Source of the DNA: Andalucia godoyi And28
Lineage: Eukaryota; Protista; Jakobida
DNA: 64,000 nucleotides
Direction: 5' to 3'
Assembly: GCA_009859145.1 (NCBI GenBank)
Contig: VRVR01000015.1
Coordinates: 327,894 to 391,893, forward strand
The translations under genes were made by a program, and so were the position numbers. The notes below the pieces were generated by a model that saw only the letters and a program-made list of their open reading frames with translations, was not told the DNA's origin and made no database searches. Positions 11,301 to 21,532 of this stretch are shown piece by piece (within the stretch, counting starts at the first letter, position 1; each line of letters starts with the position of its first letter).

Positions 11301-11452
11301 TCCAAGTTGTTGAGACCGCAGGAAAAGATCTCCAATTTCGCAGACGCAGAGAAATCAGCATCGAATGATCCTGCCATGGACCCAGCCACAAGGTGGCTTC
11401 CAGATGGACTCCATGCAAATGTTGCAGTTCGAGATACCTGCTTCAAAAACAT
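8342..11452 (-). CDS. SEC31: COPII coat protein Sec31 (1036 aa)
   Basis: N-terminal RTATFAWSP...AGSFDADFSASAKLEIF, WD40 repeats (QFNPFQPSMLASG, AWNRKVAHILGS, WDLR), alpha-solenoid, Pro/Ala-rich region, C-terminal helical domain. Confidence 0.95.
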   Translation of the reverse strand: MFLKQVSRTATFAWSPSGSHLVAGSMAGSFDADFSASAKLEIFSCGLNNLDTRDMSIVATIDAPERFSRLDWGGSLIAGALVDGSIQLWNADNMISSYQPPTASSVNVNGEEFFNSPPSQGSDSTMEPILLKKHEGDVRALQFNPFQPSMLASGGADGQVYIWTLGESSGAWAAPGGRNPHTEEVSDVAWNRKVAHILGSTSINGLSVVWDLKQKRPVFTFADKNRKLRCSAISWNPENATQVAVASEDDASPVVQIWDLRTAVAPIRVLEGHSAGILSLAWCPDDAGLLLSCGRDNRVICWNPEDGRQVAELPASDNWVHRAIWSPKSPSIVATGSFDGKISVLTMQGANWNTISGVPPYAPKWLRRPASASFGFGGKLVSVSWDAATKKSVGALKTVITDPEFVARAEDLDIALSVYTSDGHTAPLSAYCQKKTVEYESRGHAKEAQIWKILGILFTRDTRNVLMKHLGYVDDAAPAILESSDEGSHTAQPEAKWDANETSVFSPNATATTSNEDALFESVTDSFGGMNLGAGTLAALTRSVVTRDFPDAVARCIRASAWADALLLASCDPHNGSLWEKTRRAYLDSLTASRDRSQSKYGRIVSSVVNGTFDHLIQSIEDIASSWKDVLAVLCSYASQESFSSLVGMLGSRLEASGEVERAVVCYMCAGDMDKCLALWDHTADYMEKACVLQISIQFSAPERPSSAASATHQFAQHALDYATRLAAQGRLALARKFIAVIGAAMDSDPLLSDARELRDRLDAALVAPAVAPAAAAVPAVSTPVQSQYEHLSQGHHYAHDPAGQYNASSGRRSVTEAYQQAAYSNSVSQSAAPMSHSHYEHASQFAAPASAPTLASTATPASLPLGPSASMPATAVPATPAHVAPVTHAGAYQAPAADYQQHQTSPIATAPSAPAAPAVLTVEEFQVDSFIPESKGGASAKFLQEVYAWAYANADPRKKEFVGKALLTLFRALASDGISATVLAIVDDITNAIRARDVARASEVLGKLTTDHWNETSVWAKGLKQFLVDLKIKLQ

Positions 11453-11506
11453 GCTGTGTCAAAACCGCTTTTGCCCGAAGCGATCTCTATCAGACAAGCA
11501 AACAAA

Positions 11507-11540
11507 CAGAAACAGAAACAGAAACAGAAACAGAAACAGA
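11507..11540 (+). repeat. (CAGAAA)5+ microsatellite in the SEC31 5' region
   Basis: Direct tandem repeat read from the sequence. Confidence 0.9.
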
Positions 11541-11958
11541 GAACAAAAAAATATTAAAAAAATGAAGAAGGAGAAGAATGAAAAGAAAGCAAGAAAGAAA
11601 GACAAAACAGCACACACAGCAATTGGAATGAATAAACGAAATAATAGAAGATGAAAAAGTGGATTCAAAAAAAACTTGAAACTATGAGGGAATGACACGT
11701 GACAGTGTCAGAGGGGTCATCGTGCAAGGGCTGACAAAAAAGCAGCAAAAGAGAAGAAAAATAATAATAATAAAGCTTGGCATGCAGAGCCGTTTTTACA
11801 ACAGGTAGAAGGGGCGCTTTCTGTTTTTTTGTGCTTGTGTTTGGATACTCGCGTTCTGCAAACTGCGAAAACAGTAACGGTCAGTAGATGTGAACTGCGA
11901 GGTAATCAACATTTTGTACAATTAGAGGACTGGGGAAATGCACGCTCTTGAGCATAAT

Positions 11959-14541
11959 TCACAATCCGGCTGTTTCTCCATTCAGCTTTCGCAACAACAT
12001 GAGACAAATGTGGAGGTCTTGCGAAAGCGATGTCAGCTGTTTTTCGATTTCCGTAATCTTGGCATTGAGAATTTGGACTTCTGGACGTGGATCGTGGAGG
12101 ACATCCGCGAATCCACCAGAGCTGTTTGGATCGTGTCCAGATCCCGCTTGGCTGGTCGCACTTGCCATGGATGAAGGCACAGTGAGAGTCAATGTTCCGA
12201 CGCCTGGCAATTCAACTGATGTGGCAGTGACAGACGGGAAAGCCACGTCAACCAATGCACGTGGCTTGCTTTGAGACTGCGTGCTCGACGACAGTTGGGC
12301 AGACGGTGCAAACGATGACGACGACGAGGATGCTGATGCGGAGGTGGACGACGGCATCGCAGCAGCAACACCAGCAGCAGCAGCAGCAGCAGCAGACGAA
12401 GAAGATGGTAAAGATGATGAGCCGGAAGAAAGAGAGGACGAAGAAGCAAGGATCGTAGCTGTTTGTGAAGGTTCCGAAGAAGCAGGCTCTGGCTCTGCAA
12501 CATGGATTTCAGCAGATTTCACAACGACCACGGAGGCCGTCACGGACGGTTCACTCACTTTCGTAAAGGGCACAGACGTCGATTCCGCATTAGAGGCTAA
12601 GGCGACCACGTCATGCGGCTGCATTGTCGAAGTATGCGCCTCTCCTACAGTGCTCAAAGAACTCCCGGGTGTAGGAGTCTGCTCCAGGTTGTGGTCCTTT
12701 GAATGATGCTGACCCAGCTCGTGTTTATCCGTCTTTTCAGAGTGTCGTGCGTGCAATTCCTCTCTCGCTGGCAGATGTTCAGCCGGAGAATCATGAATTT
12801 CAACAGCGCGCTGACCGTCGACAGCATGGTGCCGTTGCCCATTGGAATGCGAGCCAACTTCGGACGCCGCTGAAGACGTGGGGTGGATGGGCGGCACGGA
12901 AGGATGCTGACCTGGTGATACATGCACAAATGGCTGAGGCTGCACATGTATTGGCTGTGGCTGGACATGTATTTGCTGATGCTGATGTTGATGCTGATGT
13001 TGCAAATGCAAATTTTGCTGCGACTGCGAGACTGCGGCAAACGTGAGCGCAGCCAGAGATGGCGTGGGGGCATGGTGTCCCGCGCTCAGCGCATGCGACA
13101 TTTGGAGAATGTGGTTTGTAGCAACTGCATGCGAATTCACAAACCTCGACAATGGATTCGGAAGCGACCGTGATGAGTCGCCCGACTGTTGTATTTCGAG
13201 AGGTGCATGGAGTTGATGAATCTGATGGGCGTGGCCGTCCGCGGAATCCACCATTGACACTCCTTCCTCCCCAACCGCGTGGTCCGCGTAATGATAAACA
13301 TGCTGATCATGGCTCATGTCGTGATGATTGTCGACGCGCAGGTCATGCTCGTGGTGGTGCGAAACGGCTGACGGATAGAGATGGTGAACTGCAGTGGGAT
13401 CATGCCCGTAAGCGCCCCCGGAATCCACATGCTGCTGCTGCTGTTGATGATGATGACGATGAGGATGACGATGCTGTTGGTGTTGTTGCTGATGTCGTTG
13501 TTGTAGCTGCTGGTGATGATGACCACCGTAGCTACCATGCGCGTCCAGCCTCATCCTCTTCCATTCAGGGTCATAATCGTGGTGCAAGTGGAAATCAGAG
13601 CCAGCATTTGTCGCTGCGGATGACTGCGATTGCTCAGACCGCGCCCTCTTGATCGGCAGCCCTGTTCCTGCGCCTTCCGCACCGTGCAATCGTGGGCTTC
13701 CTCCCGCCGCGCTTCCCGACTCTGATTCCGACCGCTTCTTTTGCCGTTGTTGTCGCTTGCGAATTGCCTTGACACGGTCCGACACGTTTGCTTCCGATGC
13801 CGCAACATGTGGGAATACTCTTTGAAAATCCTCGGCAATCTTTTTCCTTTTCGCAGGGCGCAGGCCATTCTTTGATTGCGACCCGTATGCATTGATTGCA
13901 CTCATGAGCCACGCGTCATGCTCACTGCTGAACGAAACCTGTCGCTTCAGCATTGTAGGAGGTAGAGACGTCGCTGCCTTGTTGATTTGTGTATCCAATC
14001 CAGTATGCACCTGTCTGGAGATTGATGAATCCGAAACCTGTCCCGAGGCAGACATTTCGTGGTGCGCATCGTCGTCAAGCTCATGGTCGTTCGGATCATT
14101 TCGTTCGTCCTGCTCATCCTCGTCCTCATCGTCATCTCTGTCCAGTTCGTTTCCAACAGAGCTATGCCCATGCATGGATTCATGCAGCTGAGAGTCATCA
14201 TGAAGCCTGGTACCATGATCATGATGATGATGGTGGTGCTCATGATGTGCATCATAGTGGTGCTCATCGCTTGACAAGGCACCAAAAGGATGCGCTACTC
14301 CGACATGGTGGTGCTGCTCATCAAGACGACCGAGTTGATGATGATGGAGGTCGTGGTCGTGGTCGTGGTGGTGTATCATAGACGACGAAGGGTCCGACAG
14401 CGATTCCATCGGATGGGGAGACAGCGAAGAAGACCGAATCGTCGGAGGAGACCGCGAGGGAACCTGCGGGGGCTGTGGAGGAAGAGACCCAATCGAATCA
14501 AGTCCTTCTGAGTGATGGTGACTATTGTCCGCCAACGCCAT
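11959..14541 (-). CDS. His-rich low-complexity protein with putative Myb/SANT-like domain (860 aa)
   Basis: ATG at 14541; poly-His, HQ, poly-Ser/Ala tracts; one ordered segment (~13750-13950, SFSSEHDAWLMSAINAYG...KKIAEDFQRVFP...NVSDRVKAIRK) resembles a Myb/SANT-like three-helix unit; C-terminal coiled coil. Confidence 0.7.
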   Translation of the reverse strand: MALADNSHHHSEGLDSIGSLPPQPPQVPSRSPPTIRSSSLSPHPMESLSDPSSSMIHHHDHDHDLHHHQLGRLDEQHHHVGVAHPFGALSSDEHHYDAHHEHHHHHHDHGTRLHDDSQLHESMHGHSSVGNELDRDDDEDEDEQDERNDPNDHELDDDAHHEMSASGQVSDSSISRQVHTGLDTQINKAATSLPPTMLKRQVSFSSEHDAWLMSAINAYGSQSKNGLRPAKRKKIAEDFQRVFPHVAASEANVSDRVKAIRKRQQRQKKRSESESGSAAGGSPRLHGAEGAGTGLPIKRARSEQSQSSAATNAGSDFHLHHDYDPEWKRMRLDAHGSYGGHHHQQLQQRHQQQHQQHRHPHRHHHQQQQQHVDSGGAYGHDPTAVHHLYPSAVSHHHEHDLRVDNHHDMSHDQHVYHYADHAVGEEGVSMVDSADGHAHQIHQLHAPLEIQQSGDSSRSLPNPLSRFVNSHAVATNHILQMSHALSAGHHAPTPSLAALTFAAVSQSQQNLHLQHQHQHQHQQIHVQPQPIHVQPQPFVHVSPGQHPSVPPIHPTSSAASEVGSHSNGQRHHAVDGQRAVEIHDSPAEHLPAREELHARHSEKTDKHELGQHHSKDHNLEQTPTPGSSLSTVGEAHTSTMQPHDVVALASNAESTSVPFTKVSEPSVTASVVVVKSAEIHVAEPEPASSEPSQTATILASSSSLSSGSSSLPSSSSAAAAAAAGVAAAMPSSTSASASSSSSSFAPSAQLSSSTQSQSKPRALVDVAFPSVTATSVELPGVGTLTLTVPSSMASATSQAGSGHDPNSSGGFADVLHDPRPEVQILNAKITEIEKQLTSLSQDLHICLMLLRKLNGETAGL

Positions 14542-15315
14542 CTCTTAGTCCAGTTTGAAAAGGAAAAGAAAAAGTTGGCAAAAGAAGGAAAAAAGCGAAG
14601 AAAAATAGATTGTGTCTAGCGATATATACACGAGTATAAATATATATGTGTTAAATGAAAAAAAAAATATGTATATAAAAACAACAACAACAAAATCCGA
14701 GTTCTTAAAACCAAACCAAAACCAGACGAGAAATCTAGCCACCGCAAAGATACGACCAAAACGCAAGTTGCTTCTGATTGCAGACAGAGAAGAAAGCAAG
14801 AGAGAAAGGAAGAGGAGGTGGAAAAAACGAAAGAAAAAAAGGAAAGGAAATGGAAATGAATGCACGTTTTTTAAATTATTAAATTAAACTTTTGTTTTGG
14901 AATCGGGAAAAGCCAAAGAGGAAACCTTTTTGGTTGGGGGAATCTCTCGAGTCTCTCGAGTGACTCGGGGGAAGGAAGGGGAAGAAACGGGAAAAGGGCG
15001 GAACGAGGGAAAGGGCGCCCTCCGTCCTCAACGGCCCCGTAGTTGGGGAATTTTCCAGTCAAGTTGTGTCTCCGGCCATCCTGCAGCATTCTTATATATA
15101 TATATTTTAATATTAATTTTATAAAAAAAATATATGAATGCTATTACTGCTTTGCGCACCTTTGCGTTTCTTCGACTTGCACATGCTAGCGCGAGTCTTG
15201 CATTTGCATGGGTAATAGTGAATGGTCGACCAAGTCTGTATATAATTTAATGCGTTATGGGTCGTTTCCGCAAAAAAAACCAAAAAAACAAAAAAACAAA
15301 AAATATATATATTAT

Positions 15316-17580
15316 TCAAACAGGATGTCTCCTTGTTTTTTCAAGATGAGCGTCAATCTGCGTAATCGCAACCTTCACAACCTCGATGCTTTCCTCTGTT
15401 TCTTTCCGCTCTGCCGGATTTCTCATACGCTTCAAAGACAGCTGAGCTCGCTTGATGAATTCCTTGTAATCTTGCGATCCAGAGATGGCCAAGTTGGCGT
15501 TCGAAGGATGCCGCTTGAATCCCTCAAGATACGCCACGCCGCGGTTTCGGAAGATGAATGCAATGTCTATCTCCGGCGATGCATTCTTCTCGTAGAACTC
15601 GTAAATCCGGACAGTAGAATGAAGCCATGCGTCTATTTCCGTTCCTGTCCACTCTGGGTGCTGAACGAGCTCCGTAAGAAAGTGCACGGACCACCGGACA
15701 TGGCTTTCCAGTATGTCATTGTGGATGACGGCTTCCCAGCTTTCTGGGGTGTACTTGTGGATGACATCTGGCAGTTCGTCGGGCCTGGGAAGGGCATTCC
15801 AACCGACGGCACACCAGCTAAAGAAACGATCCTTGTAATTCTTGGAGGCTTGGATCTTTTCAAAGTCACGAATGACTCGCCAGGTAAGCCCATGCGGCAA
15901 CAGAAAGTAGCTGGGCTCTGGCGACGGGTCGCCATCCTTCCATCCCCCTGCAATAAATATTTTGAATTTCTCATAGTTCGCATCCAGAAACGTCTTCATG
16001 TTGAAATGTCCCTTTCCGCGAACATGATAGTGGGTTCCAGGAAACACAATCCCCCGGGATCGCCACTCGTCGCCATGCATTTCAAGATACCACGGATAGG
16101 TAAACATTTCCTGGTCAATGATGGTGACATTTCCGGCCTGGAATCCTTCAGATCCGAGAACATATCTCGCGGAGTTCACCATGAGATCTCCCTTTGTAAG
16201 AAGGATCGAGTTCGGGGGAAGCGGGCGCAAGATCGCACGACCAAACATTTCCGTAAAAGAATTCCGGGACTCATCTAGTGCCGCAAACGATCGTTGAATC
16301 TGCCATGAAATTGCCGCAATGACAACCAACGACAGTATCATCTTGGCGGAGGATGCGCCAGCTTTTGAAAACAGCCTATGGACAGCGAAGTGCAAACCGA
16401 CAGCCTGGGAAAGGAAAAGAATTACGTTGGGCTGTTGCCAGAACCGCATGGACACTCCACGATACAAGTTGTTCTCCAGCGACAGATTTGCCCTCCAGTG
16501 GAAAAATACTGTGTAGAACACCCATGACGCGCAAAGCATTGGGCCGATACTCCACCGGTCCGCGACAAGCGGTGTCTTTCGTGGTTGCACCTTTTTCAAA
16601 GCAGGTTTTTTCCGCTCTGCATCATCCCTCCTGGGAGACGTCGACACGGTGTTCACAGCTTCCTGCGGTGCATCCTTCCGCAGTCTCCATAAGACAAGAA
16701 GGCCAGCAACCGAGAGAATCAGACCAACAACGGGAAGCGATTCGTTCGTGGCGAACTCTCCAATGTACTTCGCCACCCCCGTGCCGATCCTTCCCAGGAC
16801 GGTCTCGTCGGGCTGATACGGGGCGAGATCAAAGGTTCCGTACTCCTGTCGAAGGACATGGCGCACGAACCCAGGCAATGTTCTCGAGTCGCCCCATGTA
16901 AAGGACGGCTTCCTAAACGATGCAGCAACCAAATAAGCGTACGGCAGCAGTCCAGCAACATACGCCGCAGCCGCCTGCAGGACAAGTTTGACGGATAAAA
17001 TTCCGGTCCGAAATGCCCTCCATCCAGCCCAGGCAATGAGAGGGATCTGAAACAACGCAATAGTGTGCTGATTGGTCATTGCAAGTCCTGACACGAACGC
17101 GGATGCCAAGAGACGGCGCTGCGAGGGGTGGTCATCAAACCAGAGTGCAAACACAATCAGCCATGTAGCAAACAGATTATTCAGAGAGAACACCTCTGCA
17201 GTGATTGCATACTGCCACACAATGGGTGACGCTGCCCACATGGCACCTGCATACATTGCGGCCAACGGTGACTTTGTGATTGCCAATGCAGCTTCAAACA
17301 GCCCCAGAGCAGCCAGCGCACCACAAAGAGCATTAAAGGCATTTACCCTCCATGCCACAGAAGAATCCGGAAAGAAGTGTCCAAGAACATTGATGGATAT
17401 GTGCGAAAGAAGCGTAAATGTCGGATATCCGGGAGGATGTGCGACTCCCAGGTGATGTGCCACCAGAATGATTTCTCCAGAGTCGCCCGGCGGAACACTC
17501 GCGTACAGCGTCTTCACGTACAGGCATAGAAATCCAACGAAAATGGAGATCCGAAACGACCACAATATGATGCCACTCAT
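15316..17580 (-). CDS. TMEM260: TMEM260 (DUF2723) protein O-mannosyltransferase-like, GT-C fold (754 aa)
   Basis: SVPPGDSGEII...GVAHPPGYPTF, WRVN, AEVFSLNN, NQHT, LRQEYGTFDL, RFWQQ and multi-TM layout. Confidence 0.9.
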   Translation of the reverse strand: MSGIILWSFRISIFVGFLCLYVKTLYASVPPGDSGEIILVAHHLGVAHPPGYPTFTLLSHISINVLGHFFPDSSVAWRVNAFNALCGALAALGLFEAALAITKSPLAAMYAGAMWAASPIVWQYAITAEVFSLNNLFATWLIVFALWFDDHPSQRRLLASAFVSGLAMTNQHTIALFQIPLIAWAGWRAFRTGILSVKLVLQAAAAYVAGLLPYAYLVAASFRKPSFTWGDSRTLPGFVRHVLRQEYGTFDLAPYQPDETVLGRIGTGVAKYIGEFATNESLPVVGLILSVAGLLVLWRLRKDAPQEAVNTVSTSPRRDDAERKKPALKKVQPRKTPLVADRWSIGPMLCASWVFYTVFFHWRANLSLENNLYRGVSMRFWQQPNVILFLSQAVGLHFAVHRLFSKAGASSAKMILSLVVIAAISWQIQRSFAALDESRNSFTEMFGRAILRPLPPNSILLTKGDLMVNSARYVLGSEGFQAGNVTIIDQEMFTYPWYLEMHGDEWRSRGIVFPGTHYHVRGKGHFNMKTFLDANYEKFKIFIAGGWKDGDPSPEPSYFLLPHGLTWRVIRDFEKIQASKNYKDRFFSWCAVGWNALPRPDELPDVIHKYTPESWEAVIHNDILESHVRWSVHFLTELVQHPEWTGTEIDAWLHSTVRIYEFYEKNASPEIDIAFIFRNRGVAYLEGFKRHPSNANLAISGSQDYKEFIKRAQLSLKRMRNPAERKETEESIEVVKVAITQIDAHLEKTRRHPV

Positions 17581-17853
17581 TTCGGTGTACTTCCAGTCAA
17601 AAGCAAAACCAACGAAACACGTTAGGAGAGAAGAGGGAAGGAAAGATGATGAACGAAGAGAAGAAGAAGAAGGAAACGGTGTGCGATAACATCCTCATGC
17701 CTCAAAACAAAACGAAAACAAAAACAAAAAAAAAACCATCATGCTTCCATATTTCCTCGTACGACAAGCGCCGACGACAAACAGAACGCAGAGAGCACAA
17801 GTCATCCTCATCATGATAATCTGTTTCTTTATTGCTCACTTATGCATCGTCAA

Positions 17854-20800
17854 TCATTCGACAGTGTAAGGATCGAAGACAGGCTGCAGAGGACTGATGG
17901 CGGTCTTCTTTGCAAACGCAGGAACGTCCGGTTGGTCCGCGGAGAAGACAGTGACGAGCTTGATTCCTTCCAACTGCTGGGTAATCATCGCAATGTTGTC
18001 CTCCAGCACACTCTTTTCAGAGAACGCAGCGTCAGCCGACAACAGCGTCAAATCCTGGGTACTCTCAAGATCCATTTTTCGCTGGGCCACAAACGGCATG
18101 ATGTTTTTCAGCGCAGCCTTTGTTGCGGGATTCTGCTTGAGTGCCTCGACGACAACCTTTTGGTCAAACGTCTTTGCATTCGGATCGTAGAACTGCCGCA
18201 TGGTGTCAATTGCAACCTTCTGTTCGGGAGTGTATCCGGCGGAAACAACGATGCTGACTGCATTGAACTTCTCGACCTTGCCCTTCTTAGCAAGCAGAGT
18301 CTCGCGCTTTGCAATCATGACTCGCGATTCGTGCACAACATTCACAACATACTGAGAAACCTTCCGGAGCAACGGGTCTACTGGCGCAGCCTGCGGCCAT
18401 CGCGCATGGAAGATGGACTTCTTGTTTCCAAGCATGTCGCGCCAAATGTGCTCGGTCCAATGCGGGCAGATCGGAGCAAGAAGGATGCATTGCAGCTCAC
18501 AGAAGCGCTTGACTAGACGAGAGTGCAAGTTTCCGCCAGTGTCAACTCGATATTGATCACGAATGGACTGCAGATCGTAGAACCCGTACTTCAGCGAATC
18601 ACGGAACAGCATGCGATCGTAGGATCGTTTGCTTTCCTCCACAATTCTGTTCATCTCATTCTCGAACACCCGATCGGCGAACGTCACGAGCGGCTCCTCC
18701 GATCGCATCGTGGGGATCTGAGGAAGCACTTCGCGCAACCATTCCAACTGTGCTGTCAAACGGAGAATAGCAGAATCAACTGTCTTCAGCGAGAAGTTTG
18801 CATCGTCCATGCCATCACCAGCATCTGCGAGTGCAAAGCGCGTGGCATCCGCACCGTATGTGGCAATGCAATGCTCCAGGGTCAAGAAGTTGCCCTTGGA
18901 CTTGGACATCTTTTCTCCATCAACCATGACATGGCCATTTGTGTAGAATGCGCGCGGCATCATCATTCCGGGAGCCTCCGGCCAGATTGCAGCATGATTG
19001 TACAATGCCATGGTCAGATGGTTTTGAATGAGATCCTTGCCGGAGACGCGAAGATCGAATGGATACCAAGAGGTAAACTCCTTTCGAAGACGATCAACAT
19101 CTGCACGGTTCACCGGGCCGTCATAGGAATCGGTCTGGCAGAAAACGTAGTCCCAGAAGGAGCGAGTGCAGTGGTCAGGAAGGATTCCCAAAGGAGACGC
19201 AGTCGCAACCGGCTTCCCATCCATCGTCGTGTTGGCAGTGTTGCCCTGCAACAAATGGCAGATCGTGTAGTATGCCATGTAGATTGTAGAATCCGAAAGC
19301 GAGTCGATGACTACCTTCTCGTCAAACGGCATCTTCGTTCCCAATCCAAAGCTACGCGAACAGGCCCATTCTGACAACCAAGCAATTGTATCATCGAACG
19401 CTCGTTTGGTGATAGGATTGAAGGTCTCAAACTTGGAAGTATCTTTCACATGGGACTCAACAGCAGCACGCCACGACGGTTCGCCATATGCCAAGTACCA
19501 TTGATCTGTAAACGCAACAACGCATTCGTCGTGGGATCGAGACAGCACAAAGCGCTCGGGTTCCGAGTACGAAGAACCAAGTCCGTCTCGGATCAGATCG
19601 GCTCGGATGAGGGGCTTCGCGTCCGACACGCGCTTTCCGGCGTGTGGCCCGACGAGAAGGACGCCCTTGTAGAACCCTGTCATGTACACTTCATCATGCG
19701 CCTTTGCCAAGAGTTCCGGTTGTCCGGTACCTTTGATTCCAAGCTTCTCGCATGTATCTGGCGCTGCTTGCTTTGTATTCATCTCTGCAATTTCGATGAT
19801 TGGGACAACCTCGAAAGGAACAACCCACTCGTCCTTCACGCCAAAATAGGCACGTTTCTTATCTGATTCCTTGAGGACAGCAAAGTTGACCCAGTCATCC
19901 GGCGAATCCGAAGGCACTGATGTGACGACGCCAGTACCCTTCTTGGGTGAAACAGACACCATGGGCAGGACATAGACAGTCTTGTACTGCGCAAGGGGCG
20001 CGCCCAGCGGAAGTCCCAAAAGCTGGCGTCCAGTACATTTTCCATACACCGAGTACTCGCCCATCTTTTCGCCGCACATGAACTGGTAAGCCATGTTCCT
20101 CGCAGAGCGTTCCGTGCAGATCCATGCCTCTTCGTTCTTCATACCGACACATACATACTCCACGTCCGGTCCCACCCAGCAGTTTGTTTGTCCGTACATG
20201 GTCTCCGGACGGAGAGTAGCTGCTGCCATATAGACACGATCCTTGCGATCCTCAGGAATGTTGAAGAAGGAGGACAGCTGACTTGTGTTCTGCACGTGCA
20301 GCTTCACAATGGTGTACTCCTGCGGGCCTGCGCCTTCGCCTTCTGCTCGGTCGTGGTCCGCGCACGGCTGTCCGTCGAGCGGGGAGTAAATCGACAAGCG
20401 CGATCCGAAAGCAACCTTGGAGCGCTCTTTCAGGAGGGTGAACTGCCAGCGGATGAAAGAATCATAGTACGGATTCGCATCCGTCGTAATGAACGAGCGG
20501 CGCCAGTCAACGTTAAAGCCGAAATTTTGCAAATCACGCTTTCCAGCAGGCGGGAAGAAATAGCACCAGTAGAAGGGATCTGCAAACTTTGCTATTTCAG
20601 AATCTGGGATTCCCATGTCCTGCATGATCTTCCATTGCCGCACAGTCTTTCCGGTTTTTGCAGCGAGTTTAGTCTTTTTGGAATGGAACTTTGCATCCGG
20701 GGCATGTGGCTGGTGCGCGTGCGGCTGCTGCTGATGTTGTTGTTGTTGTGCCGGTGACTGAGCATCTGCTGCAACTTCTTCCGCCTCCTCGCCATCCGTC

Positions 20801-21141
20801 TCCACAGGAAAATTCGGTGGATTTCCAAACTCTGCCATTTCGCGCTGCAAACGGCCAGCACATGCCATAATGGGCATACCTGTACAGTGGAAACCAAATG
20901 GGAAAAGCACTTGCTTTCCAAGAAGTTTGTTATACCGAACTGCAAATTCTGCCTTGCACGCAGTAAACGCATGGCCAAGATGGAGCTTTCCGTTCATGTA
21001 TGGATACGGGAACGTTGCCATGAACTTTCCTTCTGCTGCCGCCACATCCTCTGCGTTCGCCTCATGGATCTTTTCCGATTCCCAATCCTTCTGAACAGTC
21101 CGTTCAATGTCCAGCAATGCGTCTCGACGAGCAAAAGACAT
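17854..21141 (-). CDS. LARS1: cytosolic leucyl-tRNA synthetase (1095 aa)
   Basis: FPYPYMNGKLHLGH, TLRPETMYGQTN, GTGVVTSVPSDSPDD editing domain, SGKDLIQNHL, KMSKS; first ATG at 21141; short Q/H-rich insert. Confidence 0.97.
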   Translation of the reverse strand: MSFARRDALLDIERTVQKDWESEKIHEANAEDVAAAEGKFMATFPYPYMNGKLHLGHAFTACKAEFAVRYNKLLGKQVLFPFGFHCTGMPIMACAGRLQREMAEFGNPPNFPVETDGEEAEEVAADAQSPAQQQQHQQQPHAHQPHAPDAKFHSKKTKLAAKTGKTVRQWKIMQDMGIPDSEIAKFADPFYWCYFFPPAGKRDLQNFGFNVDWRRSFITTDANPYYDSFIRWQFTLLKERSKVAFGSRLSIYSPLDGQPCADHDRAEGEGAGPQEYTIVKLHVQNTSQLSSFFNIPEDRKDRVYMAAATLRPETMYGQTNCWVGPDVEYVCVGMKNEEAWICTERSARNMAYQFMCGEKMGEYSVYGKCTGRQLLGLPLGAPLAQYKTVYVLPMVSVSPKKGTGVVTSVPSDSPDDWVNFAVLKESDKKRAYFGVKDEWVVPFEVVPIIEIAEMNTKQAAPDTCEKLGIKGTGQPELLAKAHDEVYMTGFYKGVLLVGPHAGKRVSDAKPLIRADLIRDGLGSSYSEPERFVLSRSHDECVVAFTDQWYLAYGEPSWRAAVESHVKDTSKFETFNPITKRAFDDTIAWLSEWACSRSFGLGTKMPFDEKVVIDSLSDSTIYMAYYTICHLLQGNTANTTMDGKPVATASPLGILPDHCTRSFWDYVFCQTDSYDGPVNRADVDRLRKEFTSWYPFDLRVSGKDLIQNHLTMALYNHAAIWPEAPGMMMPRAFYTNGHVMVDGEKMSKSKGNFLTLEHCIATYGADATRFALADAGDGMDDANFSLKTVDSAILRLTAQLEWLREVLPQIPTMRSEEPLVTFADRVFENEMNRIVEESKRSYDRMLFRDSLKYGFYDLQSIRDQYRVDTGGNLHSRLVKRFCELQCILLAPICPHWTEHIWRDMLGNKKSIFHARWPQAAPVDPLLRKVSQYVVNVVHESRVMIAKRETLLAKKGKVEKFNAVSIVVSAGYTPEQKVAIDTMRQFYDPNAKTFDQKVVVEALKQNPATKAALKNIMPFVAQRKMDLESTQDLTLLSADAAFSEKSVLEDNIAMITQQLEGIKLVTVFSADQPDVPAFAKKTAISPLQPVFDPYTVE

Positions 21142-21532
21142 GCTTTTCTTCCTCAACCTCTGTTCTTTTTTGTGCTTTGTCCTCTCCTAGGTCCGTTTCT
21201 AGTAAAAGCGAGAGAGAAAACAGTAGATCAGAAAAAGAAGATGGAAAATCGAGTTTTGATGGCGATTGGAGAATCCGCGAAGGCTCTTGAGGTTGGGTTT
21301 TTGTTTTCTGCCCACGCCCACCTCCGTAACCCCTTGGCGGGTTACCTTCTTTCTCTCACAGTTTGGCATCACGTGATGCTCAGATTGCAGAGTTCCCCCT
21401 TCCAAATGCAGAATGCAGAATGCACCTCATCATTTAGATGGCTCCTTGTAATATATTCTTGCAGGATTTCGATGGCTACCGCTGTTGTTTGGAATTGTTA
21501 TTGATGGAATTTGTTTTCCGAGTCTGCGGAGA

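Noticed and set aside
15208-16278. 356-aa + ORF
   Set aside because: Antisense to TMEM260; no independent signal.
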